Below, piece by piece: positions 63,334 to 64,000 of a DNA stretch of 64,000 bases (the first letter of the stretch is position 1; the number at the start of each line of letters is the position of its first letter). Source of the stretch: Sminthopsis crassicaudata (lineage: Eukaryota); the NCBI RefSeq assembly GCF_048593235.1, contig NC_133622.1, forward strand, positions 252,468,055-252,532,054, written 5' to 3'. Under the pieces are notes generated by a model that saw nothing but the letters and a program-made list of their open reading frames with translations, had not been told where the DNA came from and made no database searches. Made by a program: the position numbers and the translations under genes.

Positions 63334-63799
63334 CTTTTCAGTGAAGATATTTACAACCCCAGCCTTGAAGTACCCAAGACCCGTGTTATTGATCCTACAT
63401 GCCAGTTGTTGGGGTACAAAGACAAATGAGAAAGCCATCGCTGTTCCTAAGGGGCTTTTGTCTTACATTTTTTACATTATGTACCCCTCTCTAAAGAGTT
63501 CTTGTGAGGTGTGGGAAAATACTTATTAATATTAATTGATTAATATTGTTTGAAACTAACTTTATGTGGTTTGGTTTTTTCCCCATTCACTCTATGTGAT
63601 CCTATTTGGAATTTTCCTGAGAGATTCTAGAGCAGTTTGCCATTTCCTTTTCCAGCTCATTTGAGGAAACTGAGGCAGACGGGGTGAAGTGACTTGCCCA
63701 AGATCACACAACTACTATTTGGTTGAGGCCAAATTTAAACTCAGGCCCTGGGCTTTATCCACTGTGAATCCTAGCTGTCCCTTAGAAATTGTCTGGCTT

Positions 63800-64000
63800 A
63801 TCATCAATGGGAGGATGGCTGGGTAAGTTGTGGTATATGAATGCTATGGAATATTATTGTTCTGTAAGAAATGACCAACAGGATGATTTCAGAGAGGCCT
63901 GGAGAGACTAACAGGGACCGATGCTGAGCGAAATGAGCAGAACCGGGAGATCATTGTACACTTCAACGATACTGTATGAGGATGTATTCTGATGGACGTG
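63800..64000 (+). mobile_element. L1 ORF2 3' fragment running off the window end
   Basis: Matches the L1 copies at 18950-19140 and 36250-36450. Confidence 0.85.

Overview
Eukaryotic genomic DNA from a marsupial, probably an Australian dasyurid-like species (inferred from WSINE1-type SINEs and marsupial L1/ERV families). It is syntenic with human 11q13.2: GSTP(+), NDUFV1(+), DOC2G(-), NUDT8(-), TBX10(-). I resolved the exon/intron structures by hand from splice sites and phase. (1) The 210-aa pi-class GST gene is intact, but its glutathione-site loop and dimer lock-and-key residues are jointly replaced. (2) NDUFV1 exons 2-3 are absent and probably lie in an undersized N gap. (3) DOC2G, a pseudogene in human, is fully intact (395 aa). 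(4) NUDT8 is 239 aa with a longer N-terminus than human. (5) TBX10 exons 2-8 are present, with a ~2.5 kb GATA-motif-dense higher-order tandem array just 5' of exon 2. GC-rich genic islands alternate with AT-rich blocks of L1, RTE, CR1/L3, SINE and nested ERV remnants. One betaretrovirus-like leader carries two tandem tRNA-Lys primer-binding sites. About 1.2 kb of GSTP upstream DNA is duplicated ~9.8 kb downstream and split by an L1. There are three assembly gaps (12301-12462, 20978-21350, 22633-22674). No prokaryotic-type systems, CRISPR arrays, or rRNA/tRNA genes were found.
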